Shown here: positions 7,758 to 17,909 of the stretch, piece after piece
Numbering within the stretch: position 1 is the first letter of the stretch
Layout of the letters: every line of letters starts with the position of its first letter
Assembly (NCBI GenBank): GCA_963735035.1
Contig: CAVTJJ010000003.1
Coordinates: forward strand, 1 to 64,000
Origin: an uncultured candidate division Zixibacteria bacterium
Lineage (GTDB): Bacteria > Zixibacteria > MSB-5A5 > GN15 > FEB-12
Direction: 5' to 3'
DNA length: 64,000 bases
Notes under the pieces: generated by a model
What the model was told of the DNA's origin: nothing
The model's input: only the letters and a program-made list of their open reading frames with translations
Databases searched by the model: none
Program-made: the position numbers and the translations under genes

Positions 7758-8927
7758 GTGACGAGCACCTTCTCATTCAAAGAGATTGTTACATCACCAC
7801 TGTTGCGCGGCCTGGACACCGGACTGGTCAACGACCTGTTCGAACGTGGCCGTCTGGAATCCCCGCTGATGCTCCTGTCGAGGGCGGAGATCCGGCGCAA
7901 CTATAAATCCCTGGCGGAAGCTCTGCCCCGGGCCGAGATTCATTATGCCGTCAAGTCGAACAACCATGATATTTTCATAGACGAGCTTCGTCGCGCCGGC
8001 AGCAGTTTCGAAGTCTGTTCGCGCGGTGAAATCGACTCAGTCGTACGGGCCGGAGTCAAACCGCGTTCCCTGATCCATAGCCACCCGGTCAAATCGATTC
8101 GCGAATTCGACGCCGCCATCGGCGCCGGATTGCGCACGTTTGTGGTGGACAACATCGATGAAATCCGCAAGCTGCCCCGCTATCGCGGCAAGCGGCTCAA
8201 GATCATCATTCGCTTCCGGGTTGAAAACGCGGTCAAAGCCGTGGTTGACCTGCAGTACAAGTACGGCTGCACGGTCGAAGAGGTTCGTCCCCTGGCCGAC
8301 GAAATCCGCAAGGTCGGCCATGAAGTGTACGGCCTCTGCTTCCATATCGGATCGCAATGCGTTCACAGCGAGAATTACGTTAACGCGATTAACGCGGCCG
8401 GCGGCTTGATTACCGAGTTGGAGCAAGCCGGGTTTCATATCCGCCTTCTCGACATCGGTGGCGGCTTCCCGGTGGCGTATGTATCGCCGGTGCCCCCGAT
8501 CGACCAGTTCTGCCAGCCGATCCGCAAAGCGCTCGACGCCCGCATTCGGCCCGACATCAAGGTTATCTGCGAACCGGGTCGCTTCATTTCCGCCAGCCCC
8601 GTGACGCTCGTGTGCACGGTCATCGGTAAGGCGCTCCGCGACGGCAAGCTGTGGTATTATCTCGACGACGGCCTCTACTCCACCTTTAGCGGTATCGTCT
8701 ATGACCATTGCCAGTACCCGGTCGTTACCAATCGCCCCGGTGACGGCCGCCTTTCAGTACTGGCCGGACCGACCTGCGATTCTTTCGACGTCATGTACGA
8801 CGGGCTGATGATCCCCGAACATAACGTCGGCGATTCTATAGTTTTCCCCCTGACCGGCGCCTATTGCGCCGTCTCAGGTTCCGATTTCAACTCGCTCAAG
8901 CGACCCGATTACGTAGTAATAGACTGA
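7758..8927 (+). CDS. Type III PLP-dependent ornithine/lysine decarboxylase
   Basis: HYAVKSN (PLP Lys), FHIGSQ, LDIGGGF, EPGR, GPTCDSFD; GGAGG RBS before GTG 7758. Confidence 0.9.
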   Translation: MTSTFSFKEIVTSPLLRGLDTGLVNDLFERGRLESPLMLLSRAEIRRNYKSLAEALPRAEIHYAVKSNNHDIFIDELRRAGSSFEVCSRGEIDSVVRAGVKPRSLIHSHPVKSIREFDAAIGAGLRTFVVDNIDEIRKLPRYRGKRLKIIIRFRVENAVKAVVDLQYKYGCTVEEVRPLADEIRKVGHEVYGLCFHIGSQCVHSENYVNAINAAGGLITELEQAGFHIRLLDIGGGFPVAYVSPVPPIDQFCQPIRKALDARIRPDIKVICEPGRFISASPVTLVCTVIGKALRDGKLWYYLDDGLYSTFSGIVYDHCQYPVVTNRPGDGRLSVLAGPTCDSFDVMYDGLMIPEHNVGDSIVFPLTGAYCAVSGSDFNSLKRPDYVVID

Positions 8928-8936
8928 GGCAGAGAT

Positions 8937-9833
8937 ATGGACCCGAAGCAGCCCTCAAACGAGAAATACATCACCGAGACCGCGATGAACGATCTCTGGA
9001 ATGTCTGGTATTCCGAATTGCACAATTTCAATTCGGGCCTGACGCTCAAGATCAATCGCGTGGTCGAATCGACTCAGTCGGAATTCCAGCGTATCGACAT
9101 CATCGAAAACAACGACTTCGGGAAACTGCTCGTGCTGTACGGTTCGCTCATGTGCTGCGACCGGGACAACAACGCCTATAATGAGATGATCACGCACGTT
9201 CCGTTGTTCAGCCATCCGTCGCCCAAAGAGGTGCTCATCATCGGCGGCGGGGATTGCGGCGCGCTCACCGAAGTGCTCAAGCACCCCGAAGTGAAACGCT
9301 GCACCATGTGCGAGATCGACAAAATGGTGGTCGAGGTTTCAAAGCGGCATTTCCCCCGCCTGACCGCCGGGCTGAGCGACCCTCGCGCCAATGTCGTCTA
9401 CCAGGACGGCAAGAAATTCATTGAGGACGGACGAGAGAAATTCGACATAATTCTGCTCGACCTGTCCGATCCGGTGGGACCGGCCGCTGATCTGTTTCAG
9501 AAGTCGTTCCACCAGAGTGTCTACGATCACCTGAACGCCGACGGCATCATGGTGGCGCAGTCGGAATCGCCGTACTACAACCAGGAAACGGTTCGGGACA
9601 TCTACAAGAATCTGCGCGAAATATTCCCGGTCGTGCGCATGTACACTTGCTTCATGCCGATCTACCCCTCGACCTACTGGTCGTTTGCCTTCTGCAGCAA
9701 GGGGATTGACCCGATCCGCAATTTCGATCAAGCCCGCTGGGATAAGATCAAACCGCAGACGCAATACTACAACGACGAGATCCATCTCGCGGCGTTTGTC
9801 CTGCCGCAGTTCGTACGCGCACTGGTCGGCTGA
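8937..9833 (+). CDS. speE: Spermidine synthase (polyamine aminopropyltransferase)
   Basis: YNEMITHVPL, VLIIGGGDCG, CEID, FDIILLDLSDP motifs. Confidence 0.93.
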   Translation: MDPKQPSNEKYITETAMNDLWNVWYSELHNFNSGLTLKINRVVESTQSEFQRIDIIENNDFGKLLVLYGSLMCCDRDNNAYNEMITHVPLFSHPSPKEVLIIGGGDCGALTEVLKHPEVKRCTMCEIDKMVVEVSKRHFPRLTAGLSDPRANVVYQDGKKFIEDGREKFDIILLDLSDPVGPAADLFQKSFHQSVYDHLNADGIMVAQSESPYYNQETVRDIYKNLREIFPVVRMYTCFMPIYPSTYWSFAFCSKGIDPIRNFDQARWDKIKPQTQYYNDEIHLAAFVLPQFVRALVG

Positions 9834-9836
9834 GCC

Positions 9837-10523
9837 ATGAAACCGGTCTGTATCGTTCAGAACTGGGCCGCCGAGTCGGCCGGTAATCTGGCCGATTACC
9901 TGATCGATCAAAATATCCCCTGCAATATTGTCCGGGCTTACGCCGGTGAGACTCTTCCCGCCGTCGCGGACATCGAGGCCGCAGTTGTTCTCGGTACTCC
10001 CGTGTCGGTCCGCGACTATCTGAAGCACGAGTATCTCAAGAGAGTATTCGCTTTCACGGCAGCGGCAGTGCACATTGACCTCCCATTTCTGGGCGTCTGT
10101 TTCGGCGGCCAGTTTCTGGCCCGGGTGCTGGGTGCCGACGTTCACCGGAACGAAGTCCGTGAGATCGGTATCTACAAAGCGGTTCTAACGGAAGAGGGCC
10201 GCCAGGACAAGCTGTTCGCCGGTATCGAACCCGAGTTCGAGGTCTTTCACTGGCACGGGGACACTTTCAATATCCCGTTCGGAGCCACGCTGCTCGCGAC
10301 GGGTGAGACTTGCCACAACCAGGCCTTCCGCAAAGGGAACGCGGTCGGAATTCAGTTCCACATCGAACCGCGTGTTGACGAGATCCCTTCTTGGTGCGAT
10401 GAGTACGTCGCCGAGTTGGCTGAAGAAGGCAAGACGAAAGCATCAATTGTCGCCGAGTACTCCGCCAAAGCGGACCAGATGCAGTCGCTCAGCTACCGCA
10501 TCATGAAGAATTTCCTGGGATGA
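9837..10523 (+). CDS. Type 1 glutamine amidotransferase-like protein
   Basis: LGVCFGGQ nucleophile elbow, FHWHGDTF, QFHIE. Confidence 0.9.
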   Translation: MKPVCIVQNWAAESAGNLADYLIDQNIPCNIVRAYAGETLPAVADIEAAVVLGTPVSVRDYLKHEYLKRVFAFTAAAVHIDLPFLGVCFGGQFLARVLGADVHRNEVREIGIYKAVLTEEGRQDKLFAGIEPEFEVFHWHGDTFNIPFGATLLATGETCHNQAFRKGNAVGIQFHIEPRVDEIPSWCDEYVAELAEEGKTKASIVAEYSAKADQMQSLSYRIMKNFLG

Positions 10524-10527
10524 TAAC

Positions 10528-10599
10528 GTGCGGTCGGGCATCTCTGCCTCACCGCAGTCGATGTCGGGGCCGCCGTCGGGCAGAGACGCCCGACGGCAC
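10528..10599. repeat. REP-like inverted doublet (REPIN-like)
   Basis: GTGCGGTCGGGCATCTCTGCCTCAC and an inverted copy GTCGGGCAGAGACGCCCGACGGCAC; partial related copy near 32441-32455. Confidence 0.55.
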
Positions 10600-10826
10600 G
10601 CTCAATACGGAGCGTCCGCTCCGTCACCCCGTTGAAAAACGGGGCCCAGTTGTGTAGGCAAGTATCTGAAGCCAATGCTCGGGCTTTCGTAGCGAAGGAA
10701 GAATTCGGTCAAGTGGCTGCAGAATTAGCGGTCACAACTGGGTCCTGGCTTCCGCCAGGATGACGGGACTCGAGTCCCGTTTCATTCATCCCCCTGCTCC
10801 TATGCTGCACCATATCCACCACACAC

Positions 10827-10859
10827 AAAAAAGCCCGGCTCGTCTTCGAGCCGGGCTTT
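10827..10859 (-). terminator. Intrinsic terminator of the OMP gene
   Basis: AAAGCCCGGCTCG-TCTT-CGAGCCGGGCTTT hairpin next to an A-run (U-tract on the minus strand). Confidence 0.85.
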
Positions 10860-10884
10860 CCGTTTCCCTTAGGAGGGAAGATAA

Positions 10885-12402
10885 TTAGAACATCTCGTAC
10901 AACAACGATACGCGGAAATTCATATCACGGTAGGAATCCGAGGAGGTGTTGTTACCGTTGATAAAGTTAAAGCCTCTGAGCAGCATTCTGGGATCGGTCT
11001 GCGTGTCGAGATACAGCTTGCCCCAGTTGAAACCCAGACCAAAGTAGGTTTGCGTCTCAACCGTGTTCCAAGTCTGGCTCACATAGAAGTCCGAGGTGAA
11101 CTTCTCTTTGTTGGACCAGAGAGTAGTGGTACCGCCCAAACGGACGTCCATCCAGCTGAACACTTCACCCTCAAAGCCCAATCTCAAGTACGGAAATACG
11201 GTATATGTGCTCTTCTCTTCGCCAACCAGATATTGATAGGCATCACCGTAGCCGTCTCCAAAGACATCGTCCCGGCTACTGTAGTAGTATTCATCCGGGT
11301 ACCAGGTTTCACCGTAGTCGTCCATGGCCCCACGAAGAGCTATCATATTGGTGAGGTCGGCGCCACGGCTGTACTTCGCCTTGACCGATTCGAGTGAGAC
11401 TCCAAAGTCCGCCACGGCCAACATTTTCGGGGCCGGGGTGTAATTCATGCCGATACCGAAATCAAATGAACTTCTAGTATACTCGGTCTTGGCATCATCG
11501 TTGGTAAAATCCGTAAAGTACGCGGTGGCAGAAGAATCACCGACCGTGTCCCAGTAATTGAAATCCAGGCTATCATAGTACCGGAGGACATCCAAGTATT
11601 TCGCGCCGCGCTTGTTCATCTCGATCCGGGCGTGAGGAACCAGAGTGACCTTGGGATTGCGGACCCAGAAGTAACGACCGGCCAGGGAGAAGTCACTGTA
11701 GCCGCTCGGCTCGCTGATCTTCTGACCCCACGGATCCTTGTTGGTCCAGGAGCCGAACAAAGCGCTCAGAGCGACATCCCACTTGCCCGAAGTAGCTTCA
11801 GTCAAACCAAAGCTGAACTTGTATTGGGCGAATGATTCTTTGGGGTTTTCATTATAATGCAGTGTATCGCCGGGATAATAGTACGGATTGTATTCCGCGA
11901 GGGAATCACCCTTTACTTCCCAACTCGAGCGAACTGATTCAAACGCGAAGCCGAAATTCTGGCCACCCAACTTGCGGCCATAGACCAATTGCATGCGCCG
12001 AGGAGAATAGCCGTTATACAAGGAACTGTTCGTACCCGGGTATTGTCCATAATATCCGTAGTCTGGAAAGCGAGGTAGATTCCAGTCATAGAACCACCCC
12101 ATGTCGGCATTGGGATAATAAGTCGGGTATGTTGACACAAACATGCCCAGTACCCAGGGACGCTTTTCGTTGAACTGCCAGGTCACTCCGAAATTGTACA
12201 GTCCGTCGCCGTTGTTATTACCGAACTCGGCCAACGCCAAATTCGGATAGTTGTTCACCCGGCCGGGGAACAGGCCGATGTTGGCATCGTCGACCATGAT
12301 CATGTTGTTCTCACCCATGACCGTGGTGCGGGTCTCGGTGGCGAAAGCACTGGCGCCTGCCAGCACGATCACTCCAAGAGCTGCAATTAACGCTTTCTTC
12401 AT
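10885..12402 (-). CDS. Putative outer-membrane beta-barrel protein (porin-like)
   Basis: Signal peptide MKKALIAALG...AFA, aromatic-rich alternating strands, C-terminal VSLLYEMF (terminal Phe). Confidence 0.75.
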   Translation of the reverse strand: MKKALIAALGVIVLAGASAFATETRTTVMGENNMIMVDDANIGLFPGRVNNYPNLALAEFGNNNGDGLYNFGVTWQFNEKRPWVLGMFVSTYPTYYPNADMGWFYDWNLPRFPDYGYYGQYPGTNSSLYNGYSPRRMQLVYGRKLGGQNFGFAFESVRSSWEVKGDSLAEYNPYYYPGDTLHYNENPKESFAQYKFSFGLTEATSGKWDVALSALFGSWTNKDPWGQKISEPSGYSDFSLAGRYFWVRNPKVTLVPHARIEMNKRGAKYLDVLRYYDSLDFNYWDTVGDSSATAYFTDFTNDDAKTEYTRSSFDFGIGMNYTPAPKMLAVADFGVSLESVKAKYSRGADLTNMIALRGAMDDYGETWYPDEYYYSSRDDVFGDGYGDAYQYLVGEEKSTYTVFPYLRLGFEGEVFSWMDVRLGGTTTLWSNKEKFTSDFYVSQTWNTVETQTYFGLGFNWGKLYLDTQTDPRMLLRGFNFINGNNTSSDSYRDMNFRVSLLYEMF

Positions 12403-12736
12403 TTCTCTATTCCTCATCTAAAAAGATGTTTGTTCTTCAAAGTTGTTGTCGTAAAACAGAATCCGTGGGCCGACAGCCCCACGGGTCGACAGTCCACGAC
12501 CATCGACAAATCTAGGCCATAGGCAACCTCCCGGTGGCAGCTTGAGCACCCACACCTTGAACTTCCGTGTCCACAGATACCTTACGCATTTATGTCAAAA
12601 CTAAGCTACAGTCGCGCTTCCAAAGTCCGCCAAATTTGTATTGACCGCCTCGCTGATGCAAGCAAAAAAAGAGTAATCCCAACCATTCTTGTTTCGTTTT
12701 GCGATCGATTCACTTAACCCTCTGGCTTGTAATTAC

Positions 12737-13546
12737 TTAATTGTCCGACTTGACCTGTTGCCAAACCGCTTCCATTTCCTCAAGGCTAAAGTCCTCAAGC
12801 TTTTGCCCGTCCTGGGTGAGCCGAGCCTCCATCTTCTCAAACCGGTCACGGAACTTGTTGAGAGCCGTGCGGAGGGCGCTTTCGGGATCAATGCCCTCCA
12901 GGCGGGCTACTGAAGAAACGGCAAACAGAAGATCACCAATCTCGTTGGCCAATCGAGCCTTGCGATCTGTCCCCGTCGCACTCATTTCATAGCCAACCTC
13001 GCCAAGCTCTTCCGTAACCTTCTTGAGAGCGTCATTCGAAGACTTCCAGTCGAACCCCACCCCGGCCGCCTTTTCGCCCATTCGAAAAGCCATGGTCAGC
13101 GCCGGCATAGTCCTGGGCAGCCCGGACAGAACCGATTCCTTTTCTCCCGACCCGGTCTTGATCTTCTCCCACTGGTCGCGTACCTGGCTGGGTTGCAAGT
13201 CCCGACGCACACCAAATACATGGGGGTGGCGGTTAAGCAGCTTTGTCACGATCGTGTCAATAGTGTCATTGACCGTAAACTGACCGGCCTCGGACGCAAT
13301 CTGGGCGTGAAAAACCACCTGTAAGAGCAGATCACCCAGCTCTTCCTTCAGAGCCGGGGCATCGTCGTTCTCGACCGCCTCCAGAACTTCATAGGCTTCT
13401 TCAATCAAATAGGGTAAGAGCGTGCGGTGGTTCTGGGCGCGGTCCCAGTTGCACCCTTCGGAGGAGCGCAAAATGGCCATCAGAGTGCAGAGTCGTTCGA
13501 ATGGAGTCAGGGCCGGATCGAGTACGCGGGCTTTCAAATCAGACAT
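12737..13546 (-). CDS. mazG: Nucleoside triphosphate pyrophosphohydrolase MazG
   Basis: GCNWDRAQ, EEAYEV, EELGDLLLQVVFHAQIA, RHPHVF, second EIGDLLF repeat. Confidence 0.95.
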   Translation of the reverse strand: MSDLKARVLDPALTPFERLCTLMAILRSSEGCNWDRAQNHRTLLPYLIEEAYEVLEAVENDDAPALKEELGDLLLQVVFHAQIASEAGQFTVNDTIDTIVTKLLNRHPHVFGVRRDLQPSQVRDQWEKIKTGSGEKESVLSGLPRTMPALTMAFRMGEKAAGVGFDWKSSNDALKKVTEELGEVGYEMSATGTDRKARLANEIGDLLFAVSSVARLEGIDPESALRTALNKFRDRFEKMEARLTQDGQKLEDFSLEEMEAVWQQVKSDN

Positions 13547-13608
13547 GAATGACGATAATATCCTCTACTAAGCATTTGACCGGCTTTCTGTTGCCACCGG
13601 TTCCACGC

Positions 13609-13637
13609 TTGACAAGTAGGGGTCGCCGGACTAAAAT
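13609..13637 (+). promoter_or_regulatory. Sigma70 promoter of valS
   Basis: TTGACA-N17-TAAAAT. Confidence 0.7.
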
Positions 13638-13705
13638 GCAAAGTTTTAACCAGACCGGCTCGGGCCATTCGCGTGGCCGGGCTCGATCAGAACAGGCCTA
13701 CTGTA

Positions 13706-16381
13706 ATGTGCTCGAACGATAGCAGTGAGAAGAAATCAACCGCCTATTCCCCCGCGGAGGTTGAAAACCGGATATACCGTCGATGGGTCGAGGCGCACCA
13801 TTTTCACGGTCGGGCCGATTCAAAGAAGAAGTCGTACTCGATCGTCATCCCCCCGCCCAATGTTACCGACGTCCTCCATCTGGGACACGCCCTGAATAAT
13901 TCCATTCAGGACATTCTGATCCGGAAGCATCGGATGGAGGGATTCGAAGCCGAATGGCTCCCAGGCGCCGATCATGCCGGAATCGCCACCCAGGTTATCG
14001 TCGAAAAGCAGTTGGCCAAAGAAGGCACGACCCGACGGGAAATAGGTCGCGAGAAATTCATCGAGCGCACCCGTGCCTGGGCCTACCGCAACAAAGACAT
14101 TATTCTCAGCCAGCTTCGCCGGATCGGCTGCAGTTGCGACTGGGAGCGTACCCGGTTTACGCTCGACGAGGGCTTGTCACGCGCGGTCGCTGAGGTCTTC
14201 ATACACCTTTATAACAAAGGCCTCATCTACCGTGGTCACCGCATTGTCAACTGGTGTCCCTCCTGCCGCACATCATTGTCAGACGACGAAGTTGAACACG
14301 AAACATTCGCGAGCCATCTCTGGTACATTCGTTACAAGATCAAAGGCTCGGACGAATATCTGACCGTCGCCACGACGAGGCCGGAGACGATGCTCGGCGA
14401 TACGGCTCTGGCGGTCTCTCCCAAGGACAGTCGGTACAAGAAGCTGGTCGGTAAGACAGTCATTCTGCCGATTCTGGAACGCGAAATACCGATTGTCAGC
14501 GACAGCTATGTCGATCCGGAATTCGGCACCGGCGTAGTGAAAGTCACGCCCGCCCACGACCCCAATGACTTCGAGATCGGCAAACGTCACGACCTGCCGG
14601 AAATCAACATTCTGAATACCGATGGCACACTGAACGAAAACGCCGGTAAATACAAGGGTCTGGACCGATACGAAGGCCGCAAACAGCTCGTAGGCGACTT
14701 GGAAAGCAAAGGCTTGCTGGAGAAGATAGACGACTATGAACTCTCAGCCGGAACATGCTACCGCTGTCACTCGGTGGTCGAGCCATACCTGTCGCTCCAG
14801 TGGTTTGTCAAGATGCGCGAGCTGGCGGGACCGGCGGTCGAAGCCCACAAGAAAGGCGAACTCCACTTCCACCCAGACTACTGGTCAAAGACCTACCTGC
14901 ACTGGATGGAGAACATTCGTGACTGGTGTATCTCGCGTCAACTCTGGTGGGGACATCGGATTCCAGTCTGGTACGCCGAGGATGGTACTTTCTTTGTTTC
15001 GATAGACCGTCCTACGGCTGAGATGTGCCCCGGCTACGACCCGGCGACTCTGATCCAGGACGAGGACGTTCTTGACACCTGGTTCTCGTCATGGCTCTGG
15101 CCGTTCTCCACTTTCGGCTGGCCGGAGAAGACTCCGGAGTTGCAGAAGTTCTATCCCACCAAAGTTCTGGTGACAGCTTCGGAGATCATCTTCCTCTGGG
15201 TGGCCCGCATGGTCATGGCCGGTTTTGAGTTCCAGGGGAAGTCGCCGTTCAGCGACGTCTATATTCACGGCACGGTGCGCGACGCCAACGGCATCAAGAT
15301 GTCCAAATCGCTGGGCAACGGGATCGATCCGGTCGAGATCATCGAGAAGCACGGCGCCGACGCTTTGCGCATTTCGCTCGTGCTGGCCACACCCGACGGT
15401 CAGGACCCGTGGATCAGCCGCAACACGTTTGAAGGTGGCCGGAATTTCGTCAACAAACTCTATCAGGTCTCGCGCTTTGTCATGATGCGTCTCGACGGTC
15501 GCCCGGCCGTGTTGGACAAACTTGATGAAAGCGACCTGGTCATATTCGACCGCTGGATTCTGTCGCGTTTGGAGCGGACTATTGCGTCGGTTGACCGCTC
15601 GTTCGATGAGTTCCGTCTCTCCAGCGCCGCGAAGACACTCTACAACTTCGTCTGGGACGACTATTGCTCCTGGTATGTCGAACTGATAAAGCCGGACAAA
15701 CCGGGAGAACCTATCCGAGAAAGTTCGCTGAATGTAGCCACCTACGTGCTTAATCAGATCCTCAGGTTGCTGCATCCGTTCATCCCGTTTGTGACCGAGG
15801 AAATTTACACGCAGTTGATCGGTGATACCGAAGGCCGCCCCGAGAATACGCTTTTGTTCGGCCCCTGGCCGAGTGCGGCGGGGAAACATATCGATGATCG
15901 CCTTGAAGAAAGCCTGAAGCAGATTCAGGAAGTGGTGACCGCGGTCCGTTCCACCCGTGCCGAGTTGAATGTCCCTCCGGGCAAACGGTCAGATTTGTAT
16001 GTACGGGTCAACGACGAGGCGTTCGCTCGACTCTTGGAAGACCACATCCAGTACTTCAAGTCCCTCGCCCGCGTCGAGAACCTACATTGCGGCACCAAGG
16101 TCAAGAAGCCGCCGCTATCGGCCTCAGCCGTGATCTCCGGAGCGGAACTCTTCATCCCGCTCGAAGGTCTGATCGATATCGAGGTTGAGAAAACTCGCCT
16201 CGGGAAGGAACTTACGAACCTTAAAGATCAGCAGGTCAAGGTGGCCAAGAAACTGGCCAACCCGGATTTCCTTGCCAATGCCCCGGAAGACGTGGTGGAG
16301 CGTGAGAAGCTCAAGAAGCGTGACTACGAAGAACGCATTGAGCGCCTCAATAAGAACCTGGAGCAACTTCTCGGCTGGTAA
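13706..16381 (+). CDS. valS: Valine--tRNA ligase
   Basis: PPPNVT-LHLGHA, DWCISRQLWWGHRIP, KMSKS, C-terminal coiled coil. Confidence 0.98.
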   Translation: MCSNDSSEKKSTAYSPAEVENRIYRRWVEAHHFHGRADSKKKSYSIVIPPPNVTDVLHLGHALNNSIQDILIRKHRMEGFEAEWLPGADHAGIATQVIVEKQLAKEGTTRREIGREKFIERTRAWAYRNKDIILSQLRRIGCSCDWERTRFTLDEGLSRAVAEVFIHLYNKGLIYRGHRIVNWCPSCRTSLSDDEVEHETFASHLWYIRYKIKGSDEYLTVATTRPETMLGDTALAVSPKDSRYKKLVGKTVILPILEREIPIVSDSYVDPEFGTGVVKVTPAHDPNDFEIGKRHDLPEINILNTDGTLNENAGKYKGLDRYEGRKQLVGDLESKGLLEKIDDYELSAGTCYRCHSVVEPYLSLQWFVKMRELAGPAVEAHKKGELHFHPDYWSKTYLHWMENIRDWCISRQLWWGHRIPVWYAEDGTFFVSIDRPTAEMCPGYDPATLIQDEDVLDTWFSSWLWPFSTFGWPEKTPELQKFYPTKVLVTASEIIFLWVARMVMAGFEFQGKSPFSDVYIHGTVRDANGIKMSKSLGNGIDPVEIIEKHGADALRISLVLATPDGQDPWISRNTFEGGRNFVNKLYQVSRFVMMRLDGRPAVLDKLDESDLVIFDRWILSRLERTIASVDRSFDEFRLSSAAKTLYNFVWDDYCSWYVELIKPDKPGEPIRESSLNVATYVLNQILRLLHPFIPFVTEEIYTQLIGDTEGRPENTLLFGPWPSAAGKHIDDRLEESLKQIQEVVTAVRSTRAELNVPPGKRSDLYVRVNDEAFARLLEDHIQYFKSLARVENLHCGTKVKKPPLSASAVISGAELFIPLEGLIDIEVEKTRLGKELTNLKDQQVKVAKKLANPDFLANAPEDVVEREKLKKRDYEERIERLNKNLEQLLGW

Positions 16382-16406
16382 GAAAGCGCTCGTACGAAAT
16401 TAATGC

Positions 16407-16439
16407 CGGCCGCGAAATTAGTTTCGCGGCCGTTTTTTT
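16407..16439 (+). terminator. Intrinsic terminator after valS
   Basis: CGGCCGCGAAA-TTAG-TTTCGCGGCCG + T7. Confidence 0.9.
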
Positions 16440-16562
16440 GTGCGCGCCGACGTCGTAGAATTCATAGTAGTACGTCAGCTTGATAAAGAAGAATTATGAA
16501 GCAATGATCCGAGGCTAATAGCAAAACGGCGCTGACAAGGTGGAATAGAAGCAACTGCTGAT

Positions 16563-17027
16563 CTAAGCTGTTTTCTGTGAAACAACCTTAGGCTTCTCTA
16601 TGAGAAATTTTCTCAACGGCAATATCAATGACGGAAGTCCCATTCGAGAAGTCATGGATTGGACCAATTCCCTTAGGTAAGGAAAGCACTGTAGCGGTAT
16701 CGTGTAGTTCTTGAAAATGACGTAGAATTCTTCGGGAAGTTCACCTTGCACAGTATAAGTCAGCACGAAATCCACACCCAAATCGCACACTACCTGTTCC
16801 GCTTCTTTGACCTGAACTGCGTATTTCAATTCAACGCTGGCTTTTTCTTCAATCACACTGACTTGACCAATGTCCTCGCTAAAGTTGAAAGTTGCCTGTC
16901 CTGTGACACTTCGAGATTGTGACGAACATTGAATCCGCTTCAAGTAGGAATCCTGTATCTCAATTCTGGTGAGATAGGCATTGTATTCCTGCGGACTTAT
17001 TTTCTGCAATGCATCCTTAAGTTCCAT
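16563..17027 (-). CDS. SecB-like chaperone (TAC chaperone)
   Basis: C-terminal signature FPYLRELVQSMTSRMGLPSLILP. Confidence 0.85.
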   Translation of the reverse strand: MELKDALQKISPQEYNAYLTRIEIQDSYLKRIQCSSQSRSVTGQATFNFSEDIGQVSVIEEKASVELKYAVQVKEAEQVVCDLGVDFVLTYTVQGELPEEFYVIFKNYTIPLQCFPYLRELVQSMTSRMGLPSLILPLRKFLIEKPKVVSQKTA

Positions 17028-17029
17028 CG

Positions 17030-17555
17030 CTATGCTACCTTATCAAGGGGTGGGACTTCCGTACAGTAGCCCTGATAAGCAGGGTTGTTTGCCTCCGATT
17101 GTGAGCCCTTGTACTCATCAATTCGATAGTGAACTCTCTGTGTACGCTGCAGGTCGAAAGAGAATCTGGCGATTATATCATCACCTGTGACAAAGGAAAC
17201 AAGTACTTGATCGATGAGTGAATTGAGGCTCTTTCTTCTCTTCCTTGCAAGCTGTACAAGTCTCTGGTGGATGTGTGGGTCGATCCTCAACAAGAGTCTT
17301 CCGCTGGGCAGTGTCTTGTCCTCACGGGTCGGCTCTGGGATATTTCTTCCCTCTTCAAAGTAAGCCTTGAACAGTTCGTTCTTAGTATTTTCGAATGATT
17401 CCAATGCCTCGGCCTTTGTTTCGCCGGAACCGAAGAAGACATACGAATCCAAGTCGCCAGAATAAGCTTTGTATGTAACGTCTCCATCCTCTTCCATCTT
17501 GGAAACAATAACATCATAATCGAGACTGAGATAGTAGTTGAGAATCTTTAGTCAC
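17030..17555 (-). CDS. hicB: HicB-family antitoxin with C-terminal extension; one extra base near 17543
   Basis: GTG ACT AAA GAT +T+ CTC AAC TAC TAT gives MTKD-LNYYLSLDYDV; GSGETKAEALESF...IPEP...SGRLLLRIDPHIHQRL...SLNSLI (RHH); span 526 nt = 175 codons + 1. Confidence 0.85.
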
Positions 17556-17865
17556 CACAAACCCCATCCTTTCTCAAATGGCCAATGATATAAAGTAGCG
17601 GTCTATACAAGAAGTTCTTGAATTCTGTCCTGTAGACCATCTCACGCTTTCCACGGTGAGCTACGTGGATCACAAAAATTCCATCAGTCTTCAGTTCTTT
17701 AAGTGCCGGGTGTTCAAATCTAACCGCTGAGCCGCCAGTATTGCGGAGGCGGGTAACACCAAGCTTGCTAATCATCCACTTTTCGATCGGACCTAGCGGA
17801 TACTCGCTTCTGCGGTCCTGCTTGAATTTCTCAAGCTGTTCAAGGAGCTCTTCACAGGTATCCAA
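17548..17865 (-). CDS. Putative HicA-like toxin
   Basis: LG-x5-TGGSAVRFEHP...VIHVAH resembles the HicA dsRBD fold; its stop overlaps the hicB start. Confidence 0.65.
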   Translation of the reverse strand: MDTCEELLEQLEKFKQDRRSEYPLGPIEKWMISKLGVTRLRNTGGSAVRFEHPALKELKTDGIFVIHVAHRGKREMVYRTEFKNFLYRPLLYIIGHLRKDGVCGD

Positions 17866-17909
17866 TCGCCCCTCTTTCTATCGACCATCGAAACCTGTTA
17901 CTTTACACA

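Noticed and set aside
12737..13546. MazG as a phage-defence or TA component
   Set aside because: It is a canonical two-domain housekeeping MazG divergent from valS, with no mazEF or defence context
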